Source: Candidatus Undinarchaeota archaeon
GTDB taxonomy: Archaea; Undinarchaeota; Undinarchaeia; Undinarchaeales; UBA543
DNA: 64,000 nucleotides
Assembly (NCBI GenBank): GCA_964636545.1
Contig: CAZWSR010000003.1
Span: forward strand, 1-64,000
Direction: 5' to 3'
Below the pieces are notes generated by a model. The model ran no database searches. It saw nothing but the letters and a program-made list of their open reading frames with translations, and had not been told where the DNA came from. The translations under genes were made by a program, and so were the position numbers. Within the stretch, counting starts at the first letter, position 1; each line of letters starts with the position of its first letter. This document shows positions 1 to 9,500 of this stretch, piece after piece.

Positions 1-81
1 TTCTTGTATACCATGTGCGTAACCCAAGTAACTTATGTAAGAACTAGTTTAAAAGCATTATGTGAAGTGACATATGCCATA

Positions 82-118
82 AGTGGTTGGTGGTAGGTAG
101 TTGGTAGTGGGTAATAGG
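82..118. repeat. Heptamer tandem array, GGYAGTR family (single arm)
   Basis: agtggtt ggtggta ggtagtt ggtagtg ggtaata gg. Confidence 0.8.
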
Positions 119-150
119 CGTAGTGCAACAGTTTGACTGCTATTGGTTTT

Positions 151-189
151 AAAAAATAGAATATCCAAAGGGCTTTTACACCCTCTGAA
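151..189 (-). terminator. Putative hairpin + T-tract terminator of 208..1581
   Basis: Minus strand tcagaggg-tgtaaaag-ccctttgg followed by tattctattttt, about 20 nt after the stop. Confidence 0.45.
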
Positions 190-207
190 TTAAATTAGGT
201 TTACTGA

Positions 208-1581
208 TTATTCTCGAAGTCCAAGATCTTTTTCTGTTTGTCTAGACATTTTATCCTTTTTAAACTCTGCAGACAGTTTCATTTTAGTAGAAGTACTAGA
301 ACCTTCTTCTTGTGCATCCTGCACAAGTTCAGTGTAACTTTTTGCATCCACTAAAGGATTAAAGTCATCAACAAGGAAATTTGATCTCATACGCTCAAAT
401 AGTTTTTTGAACTTATCATCATTCTTTTTCTGGAAAACAAGCTCGAGTAACTCTGTTACACCAAGTTTCATGATCAATGTTGCAAAGTAAAGACGCAAAA
501 AGTTTGAGAATAGCGGCTGAGTTGCTATAATCTCAGGAATATTCTTCCCAGAAGTTTCACCTGCACCAAGAATATCCATCATTGCACTCTGTATTCCAGT
601 AAGATTAAGACCTGGCTTTCCAATTTTCTTGCACAAAACAAGGAATTCATCATTTGTCAGAACTGTTTTGTGTTTCAAAGCGTTATTGACAGTTTTGATT
701 GCTTCATCTCCTTCTTTAACCCAGACCATCTTCTGCTTCATTACTTTTTTCTTACCAATAGTTCTACGAACTGGGTGTTCAAGGATTATATCAGAAAACA
801 TAGCAGCTGAAGCTCTTTCAACAGCAAGCAATAGTTTTTTAATGCTCTTTGCAGAACCAAAACCAGATTTAAATCCAGTTTTACCTTTTACAAAGCGATC
901 TTTAAGTGTGTTTCTGAAATCTTTAACTTTGTCAGTCTTGTCAGGAACAGGAAGTTGATCATTTCTGTCAACAATCTTGTTATATCTCTTGACCCAAGCT
1001 CTTTCAGACACTAATTTAGCATATTTGTCCTGAATTTGATTAATGTGTCGAGCTTCAAATGCACCACGCTCACCCATAATTGTAAGGAAGCGCTCGGCAA
1101 CAAGAAGTTCTGCAACTAAAGATGCAAAATACAGTCTTGTAAGTGTAATTAAAACACCATCAGTGAACAGTTCTTTCTTTCGTAATTTAGTTGTTGTAAG
1201 GAAAATTATAATTGCACTTTCAAGATTTGTGATATTGTGGTAATTTGCATCTTCTCTTCCAAAACGCGCAAACATGTCAGCAAGTTCTGTATCAGAAATA
1301 ATAGGACCTTTGCCAGCCATGGTTTGTGTTACTTTTTTTAAGAAAGCTTTAGCTTCACTCATAGTAACTTTATTTGCTCCAATAACTACAACTTTTCCAA
1401 AAGGAGACATTGGAGAAACAAAAGGAGTATCTAGCAAGAAAGTATCTTTAGCAATATCAAGATAAGTCTTTCTACTAAGTGGCTTAAGTGATGCATCAAC
1501 GGCTCTCTTGGTTATGATATCTTCTATCTGACCGGAGAGTGATTTTACTGAAAGGTCTGGAATTATTTTTGTTTCTGGCAT
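208..1581 (-). CDS. Hypothetical protein with internal two-fold repeat
   Basis: 457-aa ORF, GAGG SD upstream; RLYFASL/RLYFATL duplicated; no family recognised. Confidence 0.75.
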   Translation of the reverse strand: MPETKIIPDLSVKSLSGQIEDIITKRAVDASLKPLSRKTYLDIAKDTFLLDTPFVSPMSPFGKVVVIGANKVTMSEAKAFLKKVTQTMAGKGPIISDTELADMFARFGREDANYHNITNLESAIIIFLTTTKLRKKELFTDGVLITLTRLYFASLVAELLVAERFLTIMGERGAFEARHINQIQDKYAKLVSERAWVKRYNKIVDRNDQLPVPDKTDKVKDFRNTLKDRFVKGKTGFKSGFGSAKSIKKLLLAVERASAAMFSDIILEHPVRRTIGKKKVMKQKMVWVKEGDEAIKTVNNALKHKTVLTNDEFLVLCKKIGKPGLNLTGIQSAMMDILGAGETSGKNIPEIIATQPLFSNFLRLYFATLIMKLGVTELLELVFQKKNDDKFKKLFERMRSNFLVDDFNPLVDAKSYTELVQDAQEEGSSTSTKMKLSAEFKKDKMSRQTEKDLGLRE

Positions 1582-1633
1582 TTTAGTGTACCTCTGATTA
1601 TGAATTTATTATAGTGTTATTACTATATAACCA

Positions 1634-1867
1634 TTATCCCCAAGAGAAGAATCTCTTATAAAAGTAGATGGCTACTGGCGGAAGTACGAGTAATATCCAT
1701 GCAGGCCAACCGCATTTAAGAGTGCACCAAATACCGTCTAAGAATTGTCCCCCTATACCTTTTTTCTCTGCTACTGCAGATTCAGTTTTTCGAGCAGCAT
1801 ATACTGCACTAAATAATAGTAAGCTGACAATCAAAACCGTTAAGATGAGGAGTAGTTTCTTGTTCAT
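1634..1867 (-). CDS. Small membrane protein
   Basis: 77 aa, N-terminal signal/TM and C-terminal TM; ATGA overlap with upstream ORF. Confidence 0.7.
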   Translation of the reverse strand: MNKKLLLILTVLIVSLLLFSAVYAARKTESAVAEKKGIGGQFLDGIWCTLKCGWPAWILLVLPPVAIYFYKRFFSWG

Positions 1868-2235
1868 TTTTTGTTTACTTTAACTGCCTCCCCTATTAAG
1901 ATTAATCCAACACCAACTGCAAGCAGAATAATGACGCTGTACCATGAATCATACATTGCAAAGAACTGAATAATCATCCAAATAAGTCCAATTACAAGTG
2001 AGAATGCACCACCAATTGAAAGAGCGTGCCAAATCATTTGATATTTGCTTCCATCATATTTTTCAAGTAAGAATTCGCCAACAAGCACAAAAACTATACC
2101 AACAGCAATCAAGATAATTCCGCCAACAAGCTCTGCTTGAAAAGTCATACTTGCGTAAAGTAGACCGAATATAATTCCTACTAATAATATGAACCATCCT
2201 GAGAATTCAAACACTTTCCAAATATGGTTTTTCAT
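1864..2235 (-). CDS. Four-TM membrane protein
   Basis: 123 aa, four hydrophobic helices, duplicated AVG...L.GE motif. Confidence 0.75.
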   Translation of the reverse strand: MKNHIWKVFEFSGWFILLVGIIFGLLYASMTFQAELVGGIILIAVGIVFVLVGEFLLEKYDGSKYQMIWHALSIGGAFSLVIGLIWMIIQFFAMYDSWYSVIILLAVGVGLILIGEAVKVNKK

Positions 2236-2236
2236 G

Positions 2237-3724
2237 TTACTTTATAAAGTCGCGAAAATCACTTATAAACTTTTCCTTATCTGCTAAAAGCACTTTACAC
2301 CCAGAAGCTTTCGCATGGCCGCCTCCACTCGCTTTTCTTAATTTGATTATACTAGCTCTTATGGCTTTTACTAAATCAACGTCATTATTTGTAGTTCTTA
2401 AGCTCATTGCATAGAAAGTTCCTTGAATATCACCAATTATTACTGTCCAACCAGGGTAAAGTTGCTGTAATTGGTTCGCAATTCCGCCCCTGAGTGAGAA
2501 TTCAGTCTCAATATCATAAACTACTAGCTTTGCATCCTTGTAAAAAGTAGCATTTTGCTTGTGCAAGTCCATTAATCTCTGAACTTCTGAACTAAATTGC
2601 TTCTCATAGGCCGCAAGCTTCTGGTCTTGCATAAGGTCTTGTGGCTTTTTTGCATTTAAAATTGCTGTGACAATGTACTCAGAATCATCTAAAACATCAG
2701 CTGCATTGGTATAATCTTTAATTTTTTCAAAATCGACTTTGTATTTCTTTGAGGTTTTGTCCAAAAACTCAGGACAAGAAGGATGTCCTTTGTCTGCAAC
2801 GGTTCCAAGAGCTGATGCCCAGTCCAAAACATTGCAAATAATGTAAGCAAGATAAGCAGTTGGTGGATTTAAGTGCTCTGGGATCTGAAAAGTATGTGGA
2901 TTTACAATTAAAGACCGACCAAAATCAGAATTTTTCTTTAATCTGTGATGATCAACAACCATTATTTTCATATGACGTGATTTATTGCGAATATATTTTG
3001 CAGCTTCAACACCAAGATCAAGAATTATAAGATTTTCCGGCTTCAGCTTAGCGATTTGTCTTTGAACATTTTCATGGATTACTGCATCGCGAGTAACCAT
3101 TGGAGTTGCCTTAATTCCCTTTTCTCGTAAGTAATGTGTGAAAATTGCACCTGAAGTACAGCCATCTGTGTCTGAGTCATGCACAATAACTGTGTTGCCT
3201 TTGAGATTTTGCATGAAAACACTGCCAACATCAGATAAAATATCAAGAATGTACTTTTGTTTAAGCTCGTCAGTGACTTCAACAAGAACAATTCCCTTGT
3301 TTGGTTGTCCATAAACCAAATTTGTGCCAGATGGTGCTAAGAAAAGTACTGCGAGTGCAACTAAATCCTCTTCACCATTGACTTCAATGCGTGAGGGGGC
3401 ACCTGCAGACAATGCATTTTCAATTGTTTTCCAAGAATCAACAGTTAAAACACCTGCTGGGTTGCGACACTTGAAAGAAAGTGTGCCATATTTCTTTAAA
3501 ACTTTCTCTTGTTGTTTTAAAATTGGCAAACGTTTAATTTTTTTATCAAAAACAATTATTTGTGGATTTAGGTTGTGCTTGATGGCGGTTTCAGAAACTG
3601 CATCACCAACAGTAATTAAGTTTTTCAATGATAATTTTGAAAAAGTTTCCTCAGAAATAACTTTGCCTATTGGTTTCTTAAGCAGTTCTCTTACATTACC
3701 CTTTACAGCAAAATCTTTAATCAT
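2237..3724 (-). CDS. Fusion: GTP-dependent dephospho-CoA kinase (DUF359) + DHH/DHHA1 phosphoesterase
   Basis: N-term TVGD, NPAG, GEEDL, YGQP motifs; C-term HDSDTDG, DHH, GGGH; start taken at MIKDF (ATG 3724). Confidence 0.8.
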   Translation of the reverse strand: MIKDFAVKGNVRELLKKPIGKVISEETFSKLSLKNLITVGDAVSETAIKHNLNPQIIVFDKKIKRLPILKQQEKVLKKYGTLSFKCRNPAGVLTVDSWKTIENALSAGAPSRIEVNGEEDLVALAVLFLAPSGTNLVYGQPNKGIVLVEVTDELKQKYILDILSDVGSVFMQNLKGNTVIVHDSDTDGCTSGAIFTHYLREKGIKATPMVTRDAVIHENVQRQIAKLKPENLIILDLGVEAAKYIRNKSRHMKIMVVDHHRLKKNSDFGRSLIVNPHTFQIPEHLNPPTAYLAYIICNVLDWASALGTVADKGHPSCPEFLDKTSKKYKVDFEKIKDYTNAADVLDDSEYIVTAILNAKKPQDLMQDQKLAAYEKQFSSEVQRLMDLHKQNATFYKDAKLVVYDIETEFSLRGGIANQLQQLYPGWTVIIGDIQGTFYAMSLRTTNNDVDLVKAIRASIIKLRKASGGGHAKASGCKVLLADKEKFISDFRDFIK

Positions 3725-4565
3725 TTTTTTGGTATTTTTGAACAGCAAGTATGTGCGAACAGTAGCACGCTTTCATTGTATAGTACTTGCAATCACAAAC
3801 CCATGTGTTTTTCCGCTTGTTAAATGTTACTGAATGGTCTTCTTCAGTGCCAGGAACCTTATAATAGGTAGTATTGGCAGTTTCATTCTCAACTACTATG
3901 CTTTTGCACAATTTATTTGCTTTTTTCAAGCGCTTATCATAAACTTTTTTCTTGAAACGGTCTTTAACAAGAGATAATTCTGGTTCTGATTGCACTTTGA
4001 AAAAAGTTTCAAGTTTTTTATCATGTTCAATAAGCTCGCCAATAGGCAAATAATTAACTTGAGAGATATTTTGAATGAAATGAATTGCATCTGTCTTTTC
4101 ATCAAACACTGCATTTTGAACTGCTTGAAGACATGGACGAGTTTTGTAAACCGCGTGCAAGGGCTCTATTTTTCCATTAACATATTTTGGAATAATTGCC
4201 TGAGCATTGTTTGTTTGGCTGAAAAGATGAGTTAAAACTTTTTTATTAAGGAAAGGCATGTTGCAAGTTCCAATAAATGCATATTCAGTTGTGCAAGCTT
4301 TTAGACCAGCAAGGATATCTCCAAGCAAACCCTTGTTTTTCATATTCAGAATAACATCAGCATCAGAAAGTTTGCGTTCCAGATCAGATTTTTCCTTTAA
4401 TGTGTTGGCAACAATGAAAATTTTGTCAAAAAACTCTCTTGCTTTGTGAAAAGTTCGCTCTAGCAATGTCTCGCCATATACTTCCAAGAACGGTGTACCA
4501 TCTGCCTGACCTGGAAAATTTGCAAGCAAGACAGCGGTTTTCCAATTAGCTAAAGGTTTTTCCAT
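3717..4565 (-). CDS. MobA-like NTP transferase domain + C-terminal SWIM zinc finger
   Basis: AVLLA, LLERT, CNMPF, EPLHAVY (MobA-like); WVCDC...CSH (SWIM); start taken at MEKPL. Confidence 0.7.
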   Translation of the reverse strand: MEKPLANWKTAVLLANFPGQADGTPFLEVYGETLLERTFHKAREFFDKIFIVANTLKEKSDLERKLSDADVILNMKNKGLLGDILAGLKACTTEYAFIGTCNMPFLNKKVLTHLFSQTNNAQAIIPKYVNGKIEPLHAVYKTRPCLQAVQNAVFDEKTDAIHFIQNISQVNYLPIGELIEHDKKLETFFKVQSEPELSLVKDRFKKKVYDKRLKKANKLCKSIVVENETANTTYYKVPGTEEDHSVTFNKRKNTWVCDCKYYTMKACYCSHILAVQKYQKND

Positions 4566-5155
4566 ATTGTTACTATTCGCTGGATGATTGTACCAACCCC
4601 CCCAAAGATGAAGTAAAGCATGAGCCACTCAAGAATTGAAAATTTCCAGAGTATTGGGAATCCAACCCAAGTAAGAATTGCTTGAGTAATTGCACAAAGC
4701 ATCAGTAGGACAATTCTGTCAGCGCGACCAAGAAAACCAGCGTAAAGTCGCTTAACTGAAAGTGCTTGTGCTTGTGTTCCAAGATAACTTATTAGTAAAA
4801 TACTGATGATTGCCAAGTAACCGAAGTGTACATTAACAAGAGAACCGAAGGTGAGGCCGAGTATTAAGAAAACATCAACGAAGCGGTCAACTGTGTGGTC
4901 AAGCATATCTCCTTTTTTTGATTCACGATTTTGTGAGCGAGCAAGAACACCATCAAACAAATCAAGAAAACCACTGAAAAAGATTAATGCAACAGCGCCA
5001 ATAAGATAACCAGGAGTTCCAAAGTAGAAAAATACACTTGCAAGCACTGCAACAAAAAGTGAGAAGATAGTTACTGCATTTGGACTTAGTTTTGGGAACA
5101 GTTTCGCAATTGGGTTCAATGCTTTTTGAATAAAAGGACGAAGTTTATGTAACAT
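4550..5155 (-). CDS. pgsA: CDP-alcohol phosphatidyltransferase (archaetidylinositol-phosphate synthase-like)
   Basis: DLFDGVLAR...SKKGDMLDHTVDR signature; multi-TM. Confidence 0.85.
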   Translation of the reverse strand: MLHKLRPFIQKALNPIAKLFPKLSPNAVTIFSLFVAVLASVFFYFGTPGYLIGAVALIFFSGFLDLFDGVLARSQNRESKKGDMLDHTVDRFVDVFLILGLTFGSLVNVHFGYLAIISILLISYLGTQAQALSVKRLYAGFLGRADRIVLLMLCAITQAILTWVGFPILWKFSILEWLMLYFIFGGVGTIIQRIVTIWKNL

Positions 5156-5229
5156 AGTGAATTGTTAGGACTAGTGCTATATAAATAATTTGAGAAATGC
5201 TTTTAAGTGGTCTTTGCTAGTTCTAATGC

Positions 5230-6552
5230 ATGACAAAACTTTTTGGAAGTTCAGGAATCAGAGGAATTTATGGAGAAAAAATAACTCCAGAGCTAATGCT
5301 CTCTGTTGGAAAAGCACTTGGAAATTATTTGAAAACAGGAAAGATTCTACTTGCACGAGATACAAGAAAAACTTCAAAGCTTTTGGAAAATTCTTTTGCT
5401 GCTGGAATTGAAAGTACTGGTGTTGAAGTTTCAAGAACTGGAGTTATACCAACGCCTGCTCTTGCTTTTGCAACACGAAAACTTGGAATGCAAAGTAGTG
5501 CAATTATTACAGCTTCTCATAATCCACCAGAATATAATGGAATAAAACTGTGGAATTCAGATTCTAGTGCTTATACGCCGGAAATGGAGAAGGAAATTGA
5601 AGATATTGTCGGGGGGGCTCAGGGGCTCGGGGGCGCAGGGGCGCAGTGGGATGAAATAACACAATCAAATACAATTAATGTTAAATCAGATTACATAAAT
5701 GCTGTTTTAGAGGCAGTTAATCTGGAAAAGAAACATAAAATTGCACTAGATTGCGGACACGGAGCTGCTTGTACAATTTCTCCAGAGCTTTTAGCAAGAG
5801 TTGGAGAGGTTTCAAAGATTTTTTCTGATCCAGATGGCGAGTTTCCAGGACGAAAAAGCGAACCTTGTGAAGAAAACTTATCAGAATTAAAAAAATTAGT
5901 AGTTGAAACTGGATCTGAAGTTGGATTTGCACATGATGGAGATGCAGACCGCTTAGGAGTTGTTGATGAAAAAGGAAATTTTGTTAACAAAGACAAATTA
6001 CTTGCATTAATTGCATTAAATGAACTGGAAAAGAAAAAAGGACAGATTGTTGTGCCAGTTGATACCTCACTTTTAGTTGAAGAGACAATAAAAAATGCAG
6101 GTGGAACCGTTAGCATGACACCGATTGGTGATGTGCATGTAGCTGTTGAGATGAAAAAGACAAATGCAGTGTTTGGTGGAGAGCCGAGTGGCTGTTTTAT
6201 TTTCCCTGAAACGCATTGGTGCCCTGACGGGCTGTTAGCATCATTGAAAGTTCTTGAAATTATTGAAAAAAATGGAGCTTTGTCAGAGCAAATTGCTAAA
6301 CTTCCTAATTATTTTACAGTTAGAGAGAAGATTAAGTGCGATGACCAGGAAAAAACCTGTACGGAACTGTATGAAAAAGTTCGTACCCTAGATGGAACAA
6401 CTCGTGTGCTTGAAATTGATGGATTGCGAGCTGATTTGCAGGACGCGTGGGTGCTTGTGCGGCCATCTGGCACAGAACCAATTGTTAGATTAACTGTTGA
6501 AGCTCGGGACCAAGAAAGAGCAGACGAACTATTGAGTAAGATAAAATCTTAA
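5230..6552 (+). CDS. glmM: Phosphoglucosamine mutase / phosphomannomutase family
   Basis: FGSSGIRG, TASHNP catalytic Ser loop, DGDADR metal loop, GGEPSG, RPSGTEP; substrate specificity uncertain. Confidence 0.85.
   Translation: MTKLFGSSGIRGIYGEKITPELMLSVGKALGNYLKTGKILLARDTRKTSKLLENSFAAGIESTGVEVSRTGVIPTPALAFATRKLGMQSSAIITASHNPPEYNGIKLWNSDSSAYTPEMEKEIEDIVGGAQGLGGAGAQWDEITQSNTINVKSDYINAVLEAVNLEKKHKIALDCGHGAACTISPELLARVGEVSKIFSDPDGEFPGRKSEPCEENLSELKKLVVETGSEVGFAHDGDADRLGVVDEKGNFVNKDKLLALIALNELEKKKGQIVVPVDTSLLVEETIKNAGGTVSMTPIGDVHVAVEMKKTNAVFGGEPSGCFIFPETHWCPDGLLASLKVLEIIEKNGALSEQIAKLPNYFTVREKIKCDDQEKTCTELYEKVRTLDGTTRVLEIDGLRADLQDAWVLVRPSGTEPIVRLTVEARDQERADELLSKIKS
5611..5646. repeat. Octamer array GGGGCKCM inside glmM, in frame
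   Basis: ggggctca ggggctcg ggggcgca ggggcgca, encoding GGAQGLGGAGAQ. Confidence 0.85.
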
Positions 6553-6568
6553 GGCTATAATAAAAACC

Positions 6569-9500
6569 CTATTTCTTTCGGCTAACCAACCCTTTAACAC
6601 TAGACAGAATGCCGCCAGTCCGGTGCAGACCACCTTTCTTTCTGAAACCACCCATGTGTTTTACAGTAACTCTATGCAAGTCTTGTGCATCCATGTAAGG
6701 AACATCTTTGTACTTCTTAACAGCACCAGTTGCTCGGATAAGATGACCTTTCTCAACAGTTGTGTAGAATGGATAACGTACATGTAGCTTTCCAGTAGGA
6801 TCCTGGATAAGGAAGACTTTGCCTTTCTTAGTTTCAGTAATGCTCTTGACAACACCTTCAACGCGAGCGCCTTCTGAGAATAGATCTGCATCTTTTTCGA
6901 TTTCAGAAACTGGTATCACGCGGAACATCTTATACCATACAATAAAGCCAACAAAACCGCCAACAAGCAGTATGATGACAAAGATAGATACAATACCAAG
7001 TGAAAGGCTACTGAGCCATTTACCAATTCTTCCAGGAGGCTTGTCAACAGCAGCTACTGCAGATTTGATTTTCTCAAGTAGTTCCATTGCCTCATTGTAG
7101 TACTGCTCAGATTCAGTGTAATCGCCAGAATTGTATTTCTCTATTGCGTTCTTGATAGCTGCTGAGAATGCTTCCAAATCAGTCTTCATTTCGTCAGTTG
7201 CAATTCCTTTAGCTGTAAGAACCTTGACATCTGCTGTAGCATCAGACAAGTCAGCTTTTATGTCTTCAATGTTAGTGTTAAGCTCGGCAATCTTTGCAGT
7301 ATCCCAAACCTTTGTAACTTTGAAGGTGACCTTTTTCTCTGCAATTGACAGACCATCTTTGTCTTTTGCTTTAAGCGTGATGGTGTATGATTTTGGTTCT
7401 GCGTCAGCAGGTGGGTTGAAAGTTAAATCAAATGTTACAGATTCGCCAGGAGTAAGATCTTCTGTAGCCAAACCAGTTGTTGAAACTTTTAAAGTGTACC
7501 AAGAACTTGGGATTCCAATAACTTCAAGCTTGACACCTTCTAGTGTCTTCTTTCCATTATTCTTTATTGTAAAGCTTGTTTTAGCAGTTCTTCCCTGAAT
7601 AACACTGACCTGACTGTCATAACTTGTTACAGCCATTGAATAGTCTGCACCACTACCGCCACTTCCACCAGTGACACCACTACCGCCAGCATCATCATCA
7701 CTCCCACTTGATGAAATATCAAGTGAGAATGTGTTTGAGAATGCACTACCATTGTGGTCTTCACAAGTGATATTCACAACATATGCATCAGGAGCAGTTG
7801 GAGTTGTACCAGCGAAAGAGAATGTCCCATTTACATCAGTAGCTATTGTAGCGTGATAGAACTGGGTACTTTCAGAGCCAACGCTGTTAGTAACATTAAC
7901 TGTGAAATCCTGCTCAATGTGTGTTAGGTTAAACAAGTAAGAACAATTTCCATTTATTGTATAAGATAATCCACTGTTGAGTGTACTACCATTCAAGTTA
8001 AGGAAACGCTCATTGGAATTAGTTCCAACACTTGTGAGCTCTGGGCGCAATCCAAAGTTCTCAGTTATGTTTAGACCTCTGGAAATAACAAGACTAGTAT
8101 TAGTGTTGTTGGTCTCAAACAAAGTATGGTTTATAGTCAATGCATATGTTCCAGCAGGAGCATTGATTATAAACTCACCTTCAGCATTTGAAGTTGAAGA
8201 GTAATCAACACCACCGCTTGTGAGTTTTATTGTTGCATTTGGAATTCTACTATAGTTTGCAGCAGCAGCATAACCAGTCAAGTTTCCAGTAATAGAACCA
8301 TAATTACTGATCCCAAGTAATCCAAGAGCAGTTACATTAACACTTGAAGATCCCCAGCTACCCGCAGCTACTTGTTTGGTTAACATCCAATCAAGAGCGT
8401 ATTTGACAGAACCAGCATATCGATCAGCTGTGGTATCCGAATTTCTGTCAACATCAACAGTCCATGTAGTTGCTCCAGCTGCCTGTAAGGCCATTACAGT
8501 GAGCGCTGTTTCAAAGATATTAATATCAGAACCGAAATGTCCGGAAATGTTCTGCTGATCCTTGAGCCAAGTTGTTCCATTTGTTGTGTTTTGAGTTGTA
8601 TCTCCTGCTGTTGCAAGGGCAAAGATAGCCCATGCAGTATCATTAATGTTGTCATTCCAGGAACCATCATTACTCTGGTTTGATTTGAGCCATGCAGTTG
8701 CATTTGTAGTTAAAGTTGAGTTATAGCTTGTTGATTTGAGCAAAGCCGCTAATACAATTGAAGTGTTCTGTGCATCGCAAGGTCGACCAGTAGATGACAT
8801 GTTTGGCCAGCAAAGTTCAGATTCACTCTGATTGCTTTGGTTCTCAAGATAACCAACAGTTGAGGATAGGTCAATAAAATTATTAAGCTGGCTTGGAGTT
8901 TCAGAGTAACCATTTTCTCTCATTGCCATTAGAACAAGCGCAGTTGTTATATTACCGTCCCTACCACCATCGTCAAGCCAGAAGTAATTATCAGTTCCAA
9001 GCTCCCTTGTTTGGTTAAGCCATAAGGTTGTGTTGTTGATAATAACTGATTGTGTGCTGGTTGATGTGTTGGATAAGTGTGTTAAATTGTATGCCCACAA
9101 TGCCAATGCAGTGTCATAAGTTGAGTTTGAACCAAAGAATCCCATACTGATGCTGTGGTTTAATCCAAGCCAGACAGATGCTTTCTGAGAGGATCGTCCA
9201 TAGTCAGCACCATCTGAACTGGTTGTGTTGTTGATGTGCATGAAAACATGGAACCAAGCAATGGTTTGGATTCCACCTCTACCTCCTGAAACTGCAGTGA
9301 TGTTGAAAGTATAGTTGAATCCAGGTTGAGCTGTGTCAGGAACATTTATTCTAGCAACGACTGTTTGGTTTGTTTCATTTGTTAGATTAAATGAAGAGTT
9401 AGAGAAGCTGATTGTCCAGCCAAGACTAGATGCATTAGATGACATATTTATAACATCCCAGTTTTCAGTAAAAGCACCATTTCCTGTGTTGTTGACAACA

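Noticed and set aside
1-60. Possible start of a minus-strand gene at position 14 with TATA at 48-54
   Set aside because: Only four codons inside the window; cannot be supported
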